64,000 nucleotides of DNA from a virus, in the IMG/VR virus record IMGVR_UViG_3300024999_000049, positions 56,194-120,193 of that record; one strand, 5' to 3'. The notes under the pieces are model-generated. The model ran no database searches. It saw only the letters and a list, made by a program, of their open reading frames with translations, and was not told the origin of the DNA. Shown piece after piece: positions 1 to 10,548 of the stretch (the stretch's first letter is position 1; every line of letters begins with the position of its first letter). The position numbers and the translations under genes were made by a program.

Positions 1-183
1 TGAACTGTTCCATAAGAATAAATATCTTCTCCATATGATATTAACATTGGTATATTTAAACTATGCCGTTCTAATATTACCTTATAATTATTTCCTGTAA
101 TTAATTTTTTTCTATTTTCTGTGCCTACATATTTTAAAATCATAATACCCTCCTGTTATAGCCTGTCGGCTGTTATACTATTA

Positions 184-891
184 TTACATTCTTATCCCAT
201 TATAAATCGGACTAAACTCATACAACCATTCACTAACCTTTTTCTCCTGATCTGTCCATGATTCCCTGTTAAATACATTATCTGTCCCTTCAACTCTTTT
301 GGGATAAGTAAAGAATCCAAAGTCAAATACATTCTTTGCTACAAACCTGATAGTATTGCTGTCATCTGTTATATCAGCATCGTAGTATCCGTCTTGTCCA
401 TTTTCTTCTCCACCGGAAGGATTAATATGTTTATATACCTTACTAACTTTAAATTGTGCTTGTCTTTCTGCTTTTGCTTTATTTTCTGCTTCTTGAATTG
501 CTTTTTCTTCATTATCCTTTTTAATCAGATCAAGAATTATAGAAGTAAGTTTTTCTCTGATAACTTTATTAGGTATAGTTCCAGTACCTTCGAAAGTTTT
601 ATCAATAATTCGTTTATAGTATATTGCTTTGTATTCATCTGTCCAACCTTCATTAAAAGGTAATGGTTTATAGGTATCAAGAGCAATTTGTTTTAGTTCG
701 TTATTGTGGTTTAGGATTCTTGCGATAGCTTCAGCATTGATATAGACTGTGCTGTAATGCTGATTACGGATATCACGTATAATATCCTGTATTTTATATT
801 CTGAAATACCGTTATATATTCCGTATGCATCTGAATCATTTACACGGAATTCTAAATCTCTGTTCAGGTCTTTTTGTTCTTCATTTTTCAT
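184..891 (-). CDS. Hypothetical phage protein (235 aa)
   Basis: Long ORF with AAGGAG RBS. Confidence 0.8.
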   Translation of the reverse strand: MKNEEQKDLNRDLEFRVNDSDAYGIYNGISEYKIQDIIRDIRNQHYSTVYINAEAIARILNHNNELKQIALDTYKPLPFNEGWTDEYKAIYYKRIIDKTFEGTGTIPNKVIREKLTSIILDLIKKDNEEKAIQEAENKAKAERQAQFKVSKVYKHINPSGGEENGQDGYYDADITDDSNTIRFVAKNVFDFGFFTYPKRVEGTDNVFNRESWTDQEKKVSEWLYEFSPIYNGIRM

Positions 892-1222
892 GGTTAATTC
901 TCCTTCTGGCTGTTATGGTTACCAACCTGTTAAAATTGTTCTTTTATTGTATTATCGTTACTTCTTGAATTTCTATATCCATAAATAATTTAAGCACTTC
1001 AATTTCCGTATTTGGAAACTTTTCAATCAAACTTTTTGCTACCTGTTCACAATAATCTTTATCGTAAAAGAAATGTGCGTTGAGTAAATCCCCTGTTAAT
1101 TCAATCTCATTGTTTTCATTATATTTAATATACATTCCTTTTCCAATGTAAATTACACGATTTCTAAAAACTTTCTTAGCCATAATAATAACCCCTTTCT
1201 GTTATTCATATTTTACCATTTA

Positions 1223-1846
1223 TTACGCTACACTTCTATACCCTGTTCCATGTTTTGTATTAGCCGTTACAATCTTATTTTCTGCTACCATGTTTTTAAA
1301 CAACTCATAAATATAATGCATATCAAGATCATTAGAAGAATAAACACCTATATAATTTAATAACCTTTTAATCCTATATTTACTTAATACTTTTTGCAAA
1401 GGATTCCAGCCATCTGTTATGAATAAATTCTTTCTTTTAGTCTTATATATCGTTAGTATATCCTGCTCAATTTCAACTCTTTTGGACTGTAGTATACTCA
1501 TATATTCATCATCTGTTATATCAAAAACTTCTTCATAAATATCTGTATTCCTAAATGTAAATAAATCATTATTCAAAAGGTTTTCGATTATCGGAATATT
1601 CTCTTCGATCACTATACCAGATACTTGTTGAGGATGAAGATATAATTCCTGCTTGTCTTTTGTTACTGTGTTACAACCACTGTTAAATCTTTCTTTCTTA
1701 ATTTCCCATCCATTATTAAGGAATAAATCTGTTATTGACTTTTTGAATAACTCTCCATCTTCAGGAGTGTTCCAACCTACTCCATATTTTGAATTATAAT
1801 ATGAAGGTGTATTGATATTAAAATAAACTCTCTTAAATATTGACAT
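1223..1846 (-). CDS. Hypothetical phage protein (207 aa)
   Basis: ORF with GGAGG RBS. Confidence 0.8.
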   Translation of the reverse strand: MSIFKRVYFNINTPSYYNSKYGVGWNTPEDGELFKKSITDLFLNNGWEIKKERFNSGCNTVTKDKQELYLHPQQVSGIVIEENIPIIENLLNNDLFTFRNTDIYEEVFDITDDEYMSILQSKRVEIEQDILTIYKTKRKNLFITDGWNPLQKVLSKYRIKRLLNYIGVYSSNDLDMHYIYELFKNMVAENKIVTANTKHGTGYRSVA

Positions 1847-1879
1847 TGTAAATTTCCTCCTGTTATTATATTCGTTTTA

Positions 1880-2035
1880 TTATACTTCCATATGATCTAT
1901 AATATCGTTATAACATATATTGTTATGTGACATCATAAAATATCCTAATGCTTCTGGTATACAATCGGCATCAATATGACATTCTTGTCTTTCTCCATTT
2001 TCAATATAGTATATTGCATATGTACTTTGCTCCAT
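1880..2035 (-). CDS. Small hypothetical protein (51 aa, MEQSTYAILYIENG...), not in ORF track
   Basis: ATG with GGAGG RBS; fills the gap between neighbours. Confidence 0.7.
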   Translation of the reverse strand: MEQSTYAIYYIENGERQECHIDADCIPEALGYFMMSHNNICYNDIIDHMEV

Positions 2036-3148
2036 TTTCAATTACCTCCTGTTATTATACATACTCTGTTATTGGTTAATGAATCCGTCCTTTTATTTTC
2101 TTTTTATTTTCAATTCACCATTGTAAAATTCAGTCTCTTCGTCACCTAAATAACCAAAATAAGTTAATAAATATTGTTTCAAGATATCTTTTGATTCTTC
2201 CCATATTCCCATTTGTGCTAAATGATTTTGAATCCTTTTTACTGTTTCACTATATCCTTCTTCCTTTACACTATTAAATTTTTCTTGAATAAAAGCTCTT
2301 ACTAATTTTTCTTGCTGTTCATTAGTCATTTTATTTTTTCCACCTTTCCGGCTGTTATAGCCTATAAAAACATCTTTTTATTTACTTGTTACTCTTTACC
2401 TACAAACATTTTAAACAAAGTGGTTTTTGCATCCTTCCATGCTAGAATTGCTGTATGTTCTTTTGTGCCACAATATAACTCATTCAAAGACATATCAGAA
2501 TTAGTTCCATATACTACATATATTTTTCCAATTGGTGTTTCTATTGTATATGTAGAAATAGCATATACTTTTCCGTTATGGTCTATTTTAATTTCATCTG
2601 TTAAGATTGTCTTGGATTCAAATTCTTTCATATTATACCTTCTTTCTCCTGCTCTGTTATGGCAGGACTATTATACTATTTTCTTACCTCTTTTTGTCCA
2701 ATCAAGATTGTTCTTACAGAATTCCTCTGCCTGTTCATACGTCAAATTATCTTCTTGAAATGTACCATCTGGAGCGAATATTGCATAGCCTTGCTTTAGG
2801 GTATAGCCTTCAGGTATTTCCTTCTCAGTTTTTTCTTTTATACTCCAGTTGTTTAGTTTCTTAATTACTCGCATTATTGTTATCCTCCTGTTATTTAGTA
2901 TTTAAAAGTTTCAATTGATTTTCTTAACTGATCCGAATAGTTTTTAGTTACTTCAATGAAATTAAGTGGAGGAACATTTTGTTTTGTACAATTGTTTATA
3001 ACAGTTACCCATCCATCTAAAGCAATATTTGTAACAATCCCAATTTCAACCACACTAGAATTATTATAAAATAGCAAATCTCCTTTTTTAATTTCAAACA
3101 TTGTTATACTCTCCTTCTACAGTTCGCCCTTTGTCGAATCGGTTGCTG

Positions 3149-3310
3149 TTATATCTCAATTCCAAAAGGTATATCTATATCATTTTCATGAAGTAAATCA
3201 ACGATTATTACATACCTTTCTCTTTCTTCTTCTGTTAATGTCTCTGTTAATTCTTTTTGTGTATAGATATAGAGTTCGTCAAGTAATGATTCAGAAAATT
3301 CCTTGTTCAT
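3149..3310 (-). CDS. Small acidic hypothetical protein (53 aa, MNKEFSESLLDEL...), not in ORF track
   Basis: ATG with AAAGGA RBS; stop lies inside a CTGTTA motif. Confidence 0.7.
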   Translation of the reverse strand: MNKEFSESLLDELYIYTQKELTETLTEEERERYVIIVDLLHENDIDIPFGIEI

Positions 3311-4702
3311 TTTTAATTTTTCCTTTCGCTATTATTCCACTTCTATAACCAGCCCTACACCATCAATCGCATACATGTATGTTATTTCTTTATCCAATAC
3401 TCTACCATTGAATATTGCAGAATCTGTTTCTGTTAAAATGTTATAGGTTTCCTTCTCTTCATCCCATTGTTTTACTGTTACATTACCCTGTAATGTTATA
3501 GTATCTGTTATATCTCTAAGTGTCATTTTTATATTACCTTCTTTCTGTTTAAAATCCTTGTTTCATTTACTGTTAATACACCAATTCAGCAAACCACTCA
3601 TTATTTTTCAACTCAACTTTTCTAATAAAGCTGTTCTGAATTCTATTCATCATTAATCCGTCAACTTCATCTTCACTTGTGAATTCTGCTGTTACTGGTT
3701 GCATTGCCTGAGTATATTGTAATTTATAGTTTATTTTTCTTTCGTCTTTCTCATCGAGTTTACACCATTCTTGAAAGTTCATACCGTAATAACTTTTTCT
3801 CATTTTGTTACTCCTTTTACCAAATAAATTAATAGTTTCATTGGTCTCCTTATAGCGTTTCTGTTATATCTCTACCTGAATTTTCCCACTTAGTTACTGT
3901 AATTTTATACCCTTCGCTTTCAGGAAATTTCACTTTAAAAATATTGTATATTGTTTTCAATTCATACATAACTGTTACTGATCTTTCGGCTGTAGCAAAG
4001 AAATGTTTGCCATTTAGAGATACATTAATTTCATAGTACATATATTATATCCTTCTTTCTGCCTGTATAGGCTGTTACTCTTCATAATCTAAACATTCTG
4101 TTATTGTTTCATCTGATGAAAATTTATCTTTAATATCCATATTCCTACTAGAACAGTATTCTAAACAATTTTCATCGTTACCATAATTACATTCATGTAC
4201 AAATTTCTTACAACCATTACAAATACTATTGTTATCAGTAATTCTCATACTTTACCTCTTAATATTCTTCTCCAAATTCATCACTCAGTAAACAAGTTAA
4301 TTCTGTTATTGTATTATCCAGTATATCCATTACCCTGTTCCCTACCTGTAGAGAATTATCATAGCTTGCTTTCTGGCTTTCCAGTTCATTAATTGTTATT
4401 TTAATCATATTAATCATTATTGTTTTACTCATTGTTGTATTCTCCTTCTCCCTGTTTGCCCTATCGTCAAATCAGGGAATAAATGCATCATTTTATTGGG
4501 TATTATCGCCTGTTCTGTTATAGATATTTACCCAAATAAGCAACATCAAATTCACTATTAATCTTTTCAAGTTCATTCAGAATTTTATATTCTGTACTAC
4601 CTTCAATATTTTTATTTGGTAACTTATCAAGTAATATATAAATGTTATCAAGACGTTTTTCTAGAAATTCTTTTTCTCTATATGTCATAATATCACCCCT
4701 TT

Positions 4703-4957
4703 TTATCCTTTCATCAAATCATCAATTGTTATATCCAATAACTCACAAAGTTGTAAGGCTGTATAAAATGACGGTCTATTACCTTTAGTCTTTGTCCATG
4801 CATAAACTGTTTGAATTCCAATATCTAAACTATCAGCAATATAATTATACTTGTATTTCTCAATTAATGGTTTTAAATTTTGTTTAATTGTCTCTGCATT
4901 AGTATTGTTATATTGCTGAATAATTTTGATAGTGTCCTGTTGCTGTTCTTTAGTCAT
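4703..4957 (-). CDS. XRE/Cro-like helix-turn-helix regulator
   Basis: IADSLDIGIQTVYAW...RPSFYTALQLCELLDITIDDL matches the HTH_3 pattern. Confidence 0.8.
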   Translation of the reverse strand: MTKEQQQDTIKIIQQYNNTNAETIKQNLKPLIEKYKYNYIADSLDIGIQTVYAWTKTKGNRPSFYTALQLCELLDITIDDLMKG

Positions 4958-4982
4958 ACTCTTGTATCACCACCTATTATAA

Positions 4983-5895
4983 TTATCCTGCTACCTCCTG
5001 CAATTCGTTTACAAGGTCGTAAATGTCACCATCATATATTTTATTGAGTTTATCAAGTGATTTTTTGCATTTGCCATGAATTTTTTTCAGCTGTTCTACT
5101 ATCTGTATCATAACCAAAATTTGAACAAAAATCCTCAAATGATTCTGATCCGCTTACAGCATCAGAGACAAAACAGTAAAAAGCGTTTAATATATTGTAT
5201 TCCTTTTCTAGTATTGGCTGTGCTATAGATGCCCAAAATTCAAATCTTGCCTTTTCTCCTGTCTCTACATTGGTGACTGTTATCATGTGGTTATTAAAAT
5301 TGTTGTCGCTCCATTCTGCCTTTTTAGTTCCTTTATAACTTGCTTTTACCTCAAATTGTTTAAATGTTGCTTTATTTGTTTTTTGTTCTGTATGTTCTGG
5401 CTTGATATACTTCTCGAATATAGCTGTTATTTCTGTTATTACTTCTTGCGGTAATGGTTCAACAAGCCAAGAATGACCATATTTATAACCGTTATCCTCA
5501 TATAATCCGGCTGATTTTAACGCTTCACAAATAGCCGTATAATCATATTCGTTTGTTTTCTTCCATTCATCAATAAATGCTTGCTGTTTTGCTGTTCCTG
5601 CTTTCATGTCGTTTAAATGCCATTTATTCCATATTGTTATTATAGTATTGAGGTCATTTTCAGATATAAACATTTCCTTATAACTTTTTATGTCTGCAAT
5701 TTCTTCCGTGTTCTGTCCACCATTTCCACTCATTGAAAGGGTTTTATATGCTGTTATTGTTTGATGATCAATTGTCTGTGCTGTTCTAGTGTCTGCTTCC
5801 TGATGAATTTCAAGATTGATATACATTTTCTTTCCTGTGTTCTTTACTCCTACATATAATTTTTTACTGTAAAGGGTTTTTGTATCGTTATACAT
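4983..5895 (-). pseudogene. Hypothetical protein with apparent +1 homopolymer frameshift near 5081-5087
   Basis: Removing one A from the A7 run extends the ORF (...AEKIHGKCKKSLDKLNKIYDGDIYDLVNELQEVAG*) to the next gene's RBS. Confidence 0.6.
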
Positions 5896-6019
5896 TGTAT
5901 AAACTCCTTTGCCTACCTGCTGTTATCAGTTCAGGATTTACGGCTTTTTAGATGTTTTACCATCTTTACAATACCATTATTAAAATGATACTGTAAACAG
6001 GGTAAACCCTGTTATAATG

Positions 6020-6325
6020 CTATTTATCTTCGTCTTCCTCTTCTTCTTCAATTTCTTCTGTTTCTTGCTGACATTCGCATTCTTCCCCAGATTCGAAAAG
6101 TTCTCCACATTCTGAACAAACTTCTTTTCCTATCCATTCGGCTACCGTTTCAAAATCAAACCAGAATAGATCATTTAATTCTGTTTCGCTCATACCATCT
6201 GGGTTAGTATCTTCCAGTATTGCTTCAATTTGATCAAATTCTTTAGAGGTTAACTTTTCCGCATTATCTTTTGCTCCACTCCAAAATTTAAAATTTGAAA
6301 GATTTTCTTCTTTATAAAGTTTCAT
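6020..6325 (-). CDS. Acidic hypothetical phage protein with C-terminal CxxC
   Basis: FKFWSGAKD motif, CSECG, acidic tail; first gene after the 6.4-kb promoter. Confidence 0.75.
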   Translation of the reverse strand: MKLYKEENLSNFKFWSGAKDNAEKLTSKEFDQIEAILEDTNPDGMSETELNDLFWFDFETVAEWIGKEVCSECGELFESGEECECQQETEEIEEEEEDEDK

Positions 6326-6386
6326 TATAAAACTCCTTGCAAACTGCTTGCCTTACGGTTCAAGTCTTACGTTTTTACTATACCTT

Positions 6387-6416
6387 ATTATAACATATAA
6401 GATATTAGTATGTCAA
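6387..6416 (-). promoter_or_regulatory. SigmaA promoter (leftward)
   Basis: TTGACA-N18-TATAAT with TG extension and AT-rich UP element. Confidence 0.85.
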
Positions 6417-7342
6417 TACTATTTTAAAATATTTTTTTAATTTATTTTTATATTCACTTTATTGAATATTTACCCAATAAAAATGGGATTTTATTTACCA
6501 AAATTATCATAATAATGTTTTGCTTCTAAAAATTGCATTCCTGCAATAAATCCATTTATTTCTTCATATGTACCAATATAAAGAGTCTCTTTATTTTTCA
6601 ATATTGCAAAATTTAAATTATACGCTGGTTTTATTTCAATGTAACCACCTAAAAGCCTTTTAATTTCCTTCTCTTGATTAGTCATAAATTCCCTCCATAT
6701 TATTATTATATTCCTGTTACTCTATATCCTGTCTATTATGCCATTTTAGCCCTGTACAAGCCTATTAATCTGCTCATATGTCCCGGTAATACCTTTCGCT
6801 TTTTGATCTCCTGTGATACTAGTTTATATTCTGTTTTAAGCCGTAGCAAGGTTAAACTGTTGTTATACAAATTAGAGTTAAAATCTGCCATTAATTCCTC
6901 ATAATTTGATTTTGTATGTAATAAGCCAGTGTTAGTAAATAGTTTCATGTCTGATTTATTCATTGTGCTTTTTCTCCCTTCTTATTATGATTAACAGTTT
7001 TGTTATATAACAACTTTGTTATACTGCTATTTGAATATGTTTTGTCCATCGTGGTTGCTTTACTGGCTTGCTGATCTTTAGCCATAATTCCAGTAATTCC
7101 GCATTTGACATAGATAATAAGTCTATGTATGTGTATATGTGTGTGCTGTGCTGTATTTTGCTTATTAAGATTGTGTTATTGTTCGGCATGGGGTTTACTC
7201 CTTTCTGATTTATTTTTGATAGCCTGTTATGCCACCACATAAGCCCATGATATTATATTTGCTTTATCATGGGTTTAAATTGTGTCATATTCTGTTATTT
7301 AGTGTATACTACATACATTTTATTGAAAGCACTTTCCAATCT

Positions 7343-7711
7343 TTATAACTTTTGTAAATCTAAAATACAAACAAACTTTTTAAACCATTCTTCAGACACA
7401 TTTCCAGATAAAATATTGTCAATATCATCCATAATATCGTCAATATCACAAGATATAAATAAATCTGCTTTTTCAAGTTGTTGTAACTTGTTTCCTATTA
7501 CTTTTGACAAATTAACTTCAACGCTGTTATTTCTAATTTTTGTAATTGTCAAAAGTTTTGATAACGTTTCCATTGATATAGACCAGGAATCAGTTTCATC
7601 AGTTTCCTTTTTGTAAAAATATGTCTCTGTGTCATAATCTTTATCATGTACTGTTATTTCTTCGCCTTCCTCTGTTTGTTGAAGATAATCATATAATGTT
7701 ATATTTTCCAT
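7343..7711 (-). CDS. Hypothetical phage protein (122 aa)
   Basis: ORF with GGAGG RBS. Confidence 0.75.
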   Translation of the reverse strand: MENITLYDYLQQTEEGEEITVHDKDYDTETYFYKKETDETDSWSISMETLSKLLTITKIRNNSVEVNLSKVIGNKLQQLEKADLFISCDIDDIMDDIDNILSGNVSEEWFKKFVCILDLQKL

Positions 7712-7954
7712 TTTTCGTTCCTCCCTTAATAATTGTTAATAAATTCTTCTGCCTCTTTTATACTTCCTGTTTCATGTTCTGGATACCTGCAACCTTCACC
7801 AAAAGAATATTCTTCCTTTGTAAATATTATATACTCACTTTGACCTTCTTGTCTCTCTTTTTCGTTTGTTTCGGCAATTACAAAGTTTTTTAATGTTTTA
7901 ACTTTTTTCATGTCAAAATTCTCCTTCCTGTTATAGGTAAATAAAACTTACATT

Positions 7955-8195
7955 TCATTTTCTTTCTTTACAGAATACCTCAATAATATTTTTTCTAAAA
8001 TCAACTATTGACATATCTTCATAGTTGATTTTAGTTAAATCAATATCATTATCAAAGTTATAATTTTCTACATTTTCTTTTGTAAATTTAAAAATCAAAT
8101 CCTCTATAGTTTTGTATTGTGATACTGTTAAATTAACTTGAATTAAATTTTTAATTAGTGAATTTTTTTTCTTTTACTGGTTTTACTTCTATCAT
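7955..8195 (-). pseudogene. Small gene (MIEVKPVKEKNSLIK...FCKERK*) broken by an extra A in an A8 run
   Basis: AAGGAG RBS and ATG at 8195; deleting one A at 8163-8170 gives an open frame to TGA at 7955. Confidence 0.6.
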
Positions 8196-8582
8196 GTTTT
8201 TATTCTCCTTTTCTGTTATAAATGAAATTTGCTATTTATGGTGTTATTTTTTCAATACTCACATTGTTAAAATGTTTTGTTAAGTAGTTATACATTTTCT
8301 TTTGTTCTGTTTTTAAAATTTTCTTTGTTTCTTCTGTTTCAAAAATAACATCTTCTTTCATTGTTATTCCATACACGGAAGACCATATCATATCATTATC
8401 ACTGTTATATACTGATATACTATTACACAAAACATTTCCTTCTTTGTGGTAACATCCATCATTTAAATATAATTCTATCTGTATTTTATAAATATCAGTT
8501 CTTTTTATTGCTGCGTTAATTTGATTTTTAATTTCTATGTTCGTCATGTTATATAAATCTCCTTTCCCATAAAATACCAAAT

Positions 8583-8762
8583 TCATTCGCTTAATAAAGC
8601 TACTAATTTACCATTTTGGTTTTTTCTTATTTCATAATGTGTTCCGTCACTAGCTTGTATAATGTTAATTATTTCATCATTTAAATATGTTTTGTTATAC
8701 CTTATAGGTAAATTTCCGTAATTAATTGTGTTTAAATACTGTGTTGTTAAATCTGTTTTCAT
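8583..8762 (-). CDS. Small hypothetical protein (59 aa, MKTDLTTQYL...), not in ORF track
   Basis: AAGGAAG RBS; TGA stop lies inside a palindromic boundary site. Confidence 0.7.
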   Translation of the reverse strand: MKTDLTTQYLNTINYGNLPIRYNKTYLNDEIINIIQASDGTHYEIRKNQNGKLVALLSE

Positions 8763-8892
8763 TTTTAATACTTCCTTTTTTACATATTAACCTTTATACC
8801 CTAAAGGCTTTATATTACCCACAATCTAATTATAATCTGTTATGCTGTTATATGTAAATTGTGGATATTATAAAGGCTTTACGCCTTTACTA

Positions 8893-9396
8893 TTACTTGC
8901 TGTTTGATTCTCCTGTCATAAATTTTATATATCTGTTTGCCTTGTCTTTTGTTTTAAAGTTCGCTACGTTTTCGCTGTTACAGTATACCATTGTGTTATA
9001 CCCTTTTGACAATAAATCTGTCGTAGCCTCTTTTATTTCAAAATTGCCAGTATTAAAACTGTTATGCTTATATTTTGTTACTTTATCCACTGTTATTTTA
9101 ATTATACAATGGTCTAGTAAAGCCCCGCCACCAAACGAACGGCTATTATTAATCAATAGAGGTATTTTTATATTACCTGTTGACCGTCCAATATATCCTA
9201 TTATATCATGCTCTTCATTCCAGCATTTTCCTGTTGTTGAGTCACCATAAAATAAGCGTATTCTCTTTTTTGTTAATCTGGCATTTTCCAGAATGTTAAT
9301 GACTTCTTGTGGTGTACTGTTATGGTATGCCGTTCCGTTAATGATTTTGTATTCAATTGTGTTACCATTGGATAATTTTTCTATACATGTATTCAT
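8893..9396 (-). CDS. Conserved hypothetical phage protein (167 aa)
   Basis: RIRLFYGD...GYIGRSTG.IKIPLL...GGGALLD motif; AAGGAG RBS. Confidence 0.8.
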   Translation of the reverse strand: MNTCIEKLSNGNTIEYKIINGTAYHNSTPQEVINILENARLTKKRIRLFYGDSTTGKCWNEEHDIIGYIGRSTGNIKIPLLINNSRSFGGGALLDHCIIKITVDKVTKYKHNSFNTGNFEIKEATTDLLSKGYNTMVYCNSENVANFKTKDKANRYIKFMTGESNSK

Positions 9397-9687
9397 TGTT
9401 TTATATCTCCTTTTCTGTTATTACTATTTGTTATTATTTTTAATTCTTCCAGCAACTTGTTAAAATTGTCATAATCTATCTTATGTATAAATTCCATCAA
9501 TTCCCGTTCTGCTTGCTCTGTGTTATTATCCATTAGTATTATATCTCCTTACTTTATTATAATTCTTTATTCCGATATTTACAATACATTTTGCAAAAAT
9601 ATAGAGTGCTGATATGCCAATTAAAAATTTTGCGGATAAAATTATTAACGCTGTTGTTATCATTTGTATATTGCTCCTTTACTATTT

Positions 9688-10548
9688 TTAATTTTCTTCC
9701 ACTTTCTCAAAATCTTTAATTCCCAGTATAAAATTAACTGCTTTTTGCGCTTGTCCTGCTGCAATTGTTATCATTCTGTTATCATTTTTTAAAGCTTTTA
9801 ACCAACTTTGTAAATATGCAACAGTGTTTTGAAATACTGCTGTATTATCAATTCCAACAGTATTATTTAAATATGCTGCTCCAATTTCTGCACATAACTC
9901 TTCCTTTGAATAGTCTTTACTACCAAATTTATGAGACATCATGCTGTTATGTCTTTTTAGCCGTTTGTCATTCCCTGTACTATGTGTTAATTCGTGGAAC
10001 GCTGTACTGTAATATGATTCTGGCTTGTCAAATTGTTTTATGTCTGGCATAACTACAGTATCATTTACAGGGGAATAATACGCTCTGTCACTTCCTGTTA
10101 TTATATTATAATTGATTTTTTCTCTTGTAATATAGTCATTTATTACTTTTTCTGCCTCTTTTATAATGTTATGTTCGTTCTCGGGCGTAAAAATGTCGCA
10201 TTTTGTTACTATGTCTTCACACTGGGAAATGTGAAACACATTGTAATATTTTAATAATGGGTAAGATTCTTTTTTACCTGTTAATGTATTTTCCTTTTCA
10301 TACCAATTATAGTATACAATCATAGAAGATTTTTCACCCTTTTTGACTGATCCTTTAATGTCTGATATCTGTTTAAATGTTAAGTATTCGCCGGGAAATG
10401 GCAATAGCATTAAGTTTATTCCTTTGTATTCCTTGCGTGTTATGTAGTTAATTGCCTTTTGTCCTTTCCAGTTTTTAACCCATGGAATGTTTCCTTTTTC
10501 AAGTTCCGATATAATACGGTCTGTTACATACTGATATACTTGTGACAT
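9688..10548 (-). CDS. ardC: ArdC-like ssDNA-binding/zincin antirestriction protein (DUF1738)
   Basis: N-terminal VTDRII..LEKG.IPW, YKGIN, GEK; C-terminal HELTH zincin motif and YSKEEL.AE. Confidence 0.9.
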   Translation of the reverse strand: MSQVYQYVTDRIISELEKGNIPWVKNWKGQKAINYITRKEYKGINLMLLPFPGEYLTFKQISDIKGSVKKGEKSSMIVYYNWYEKENTLTGKKESYPLLKYYNVFHISQCEDIVTKCDIFTPENEHNIIKEAEKVINDYITREKINYNIITGSDRAYYSPVNDTVVMPDIKQFDKPESYYSTAFHELTHSTGNDKRLKRHNSMMSHKFGSKDYSKEELCAEIGAAYLNNTVGIDNTAVFQNTVAYLQSWLKALKNDNRMITIAAGQAQKAVNFILGIKDFEKVEEN

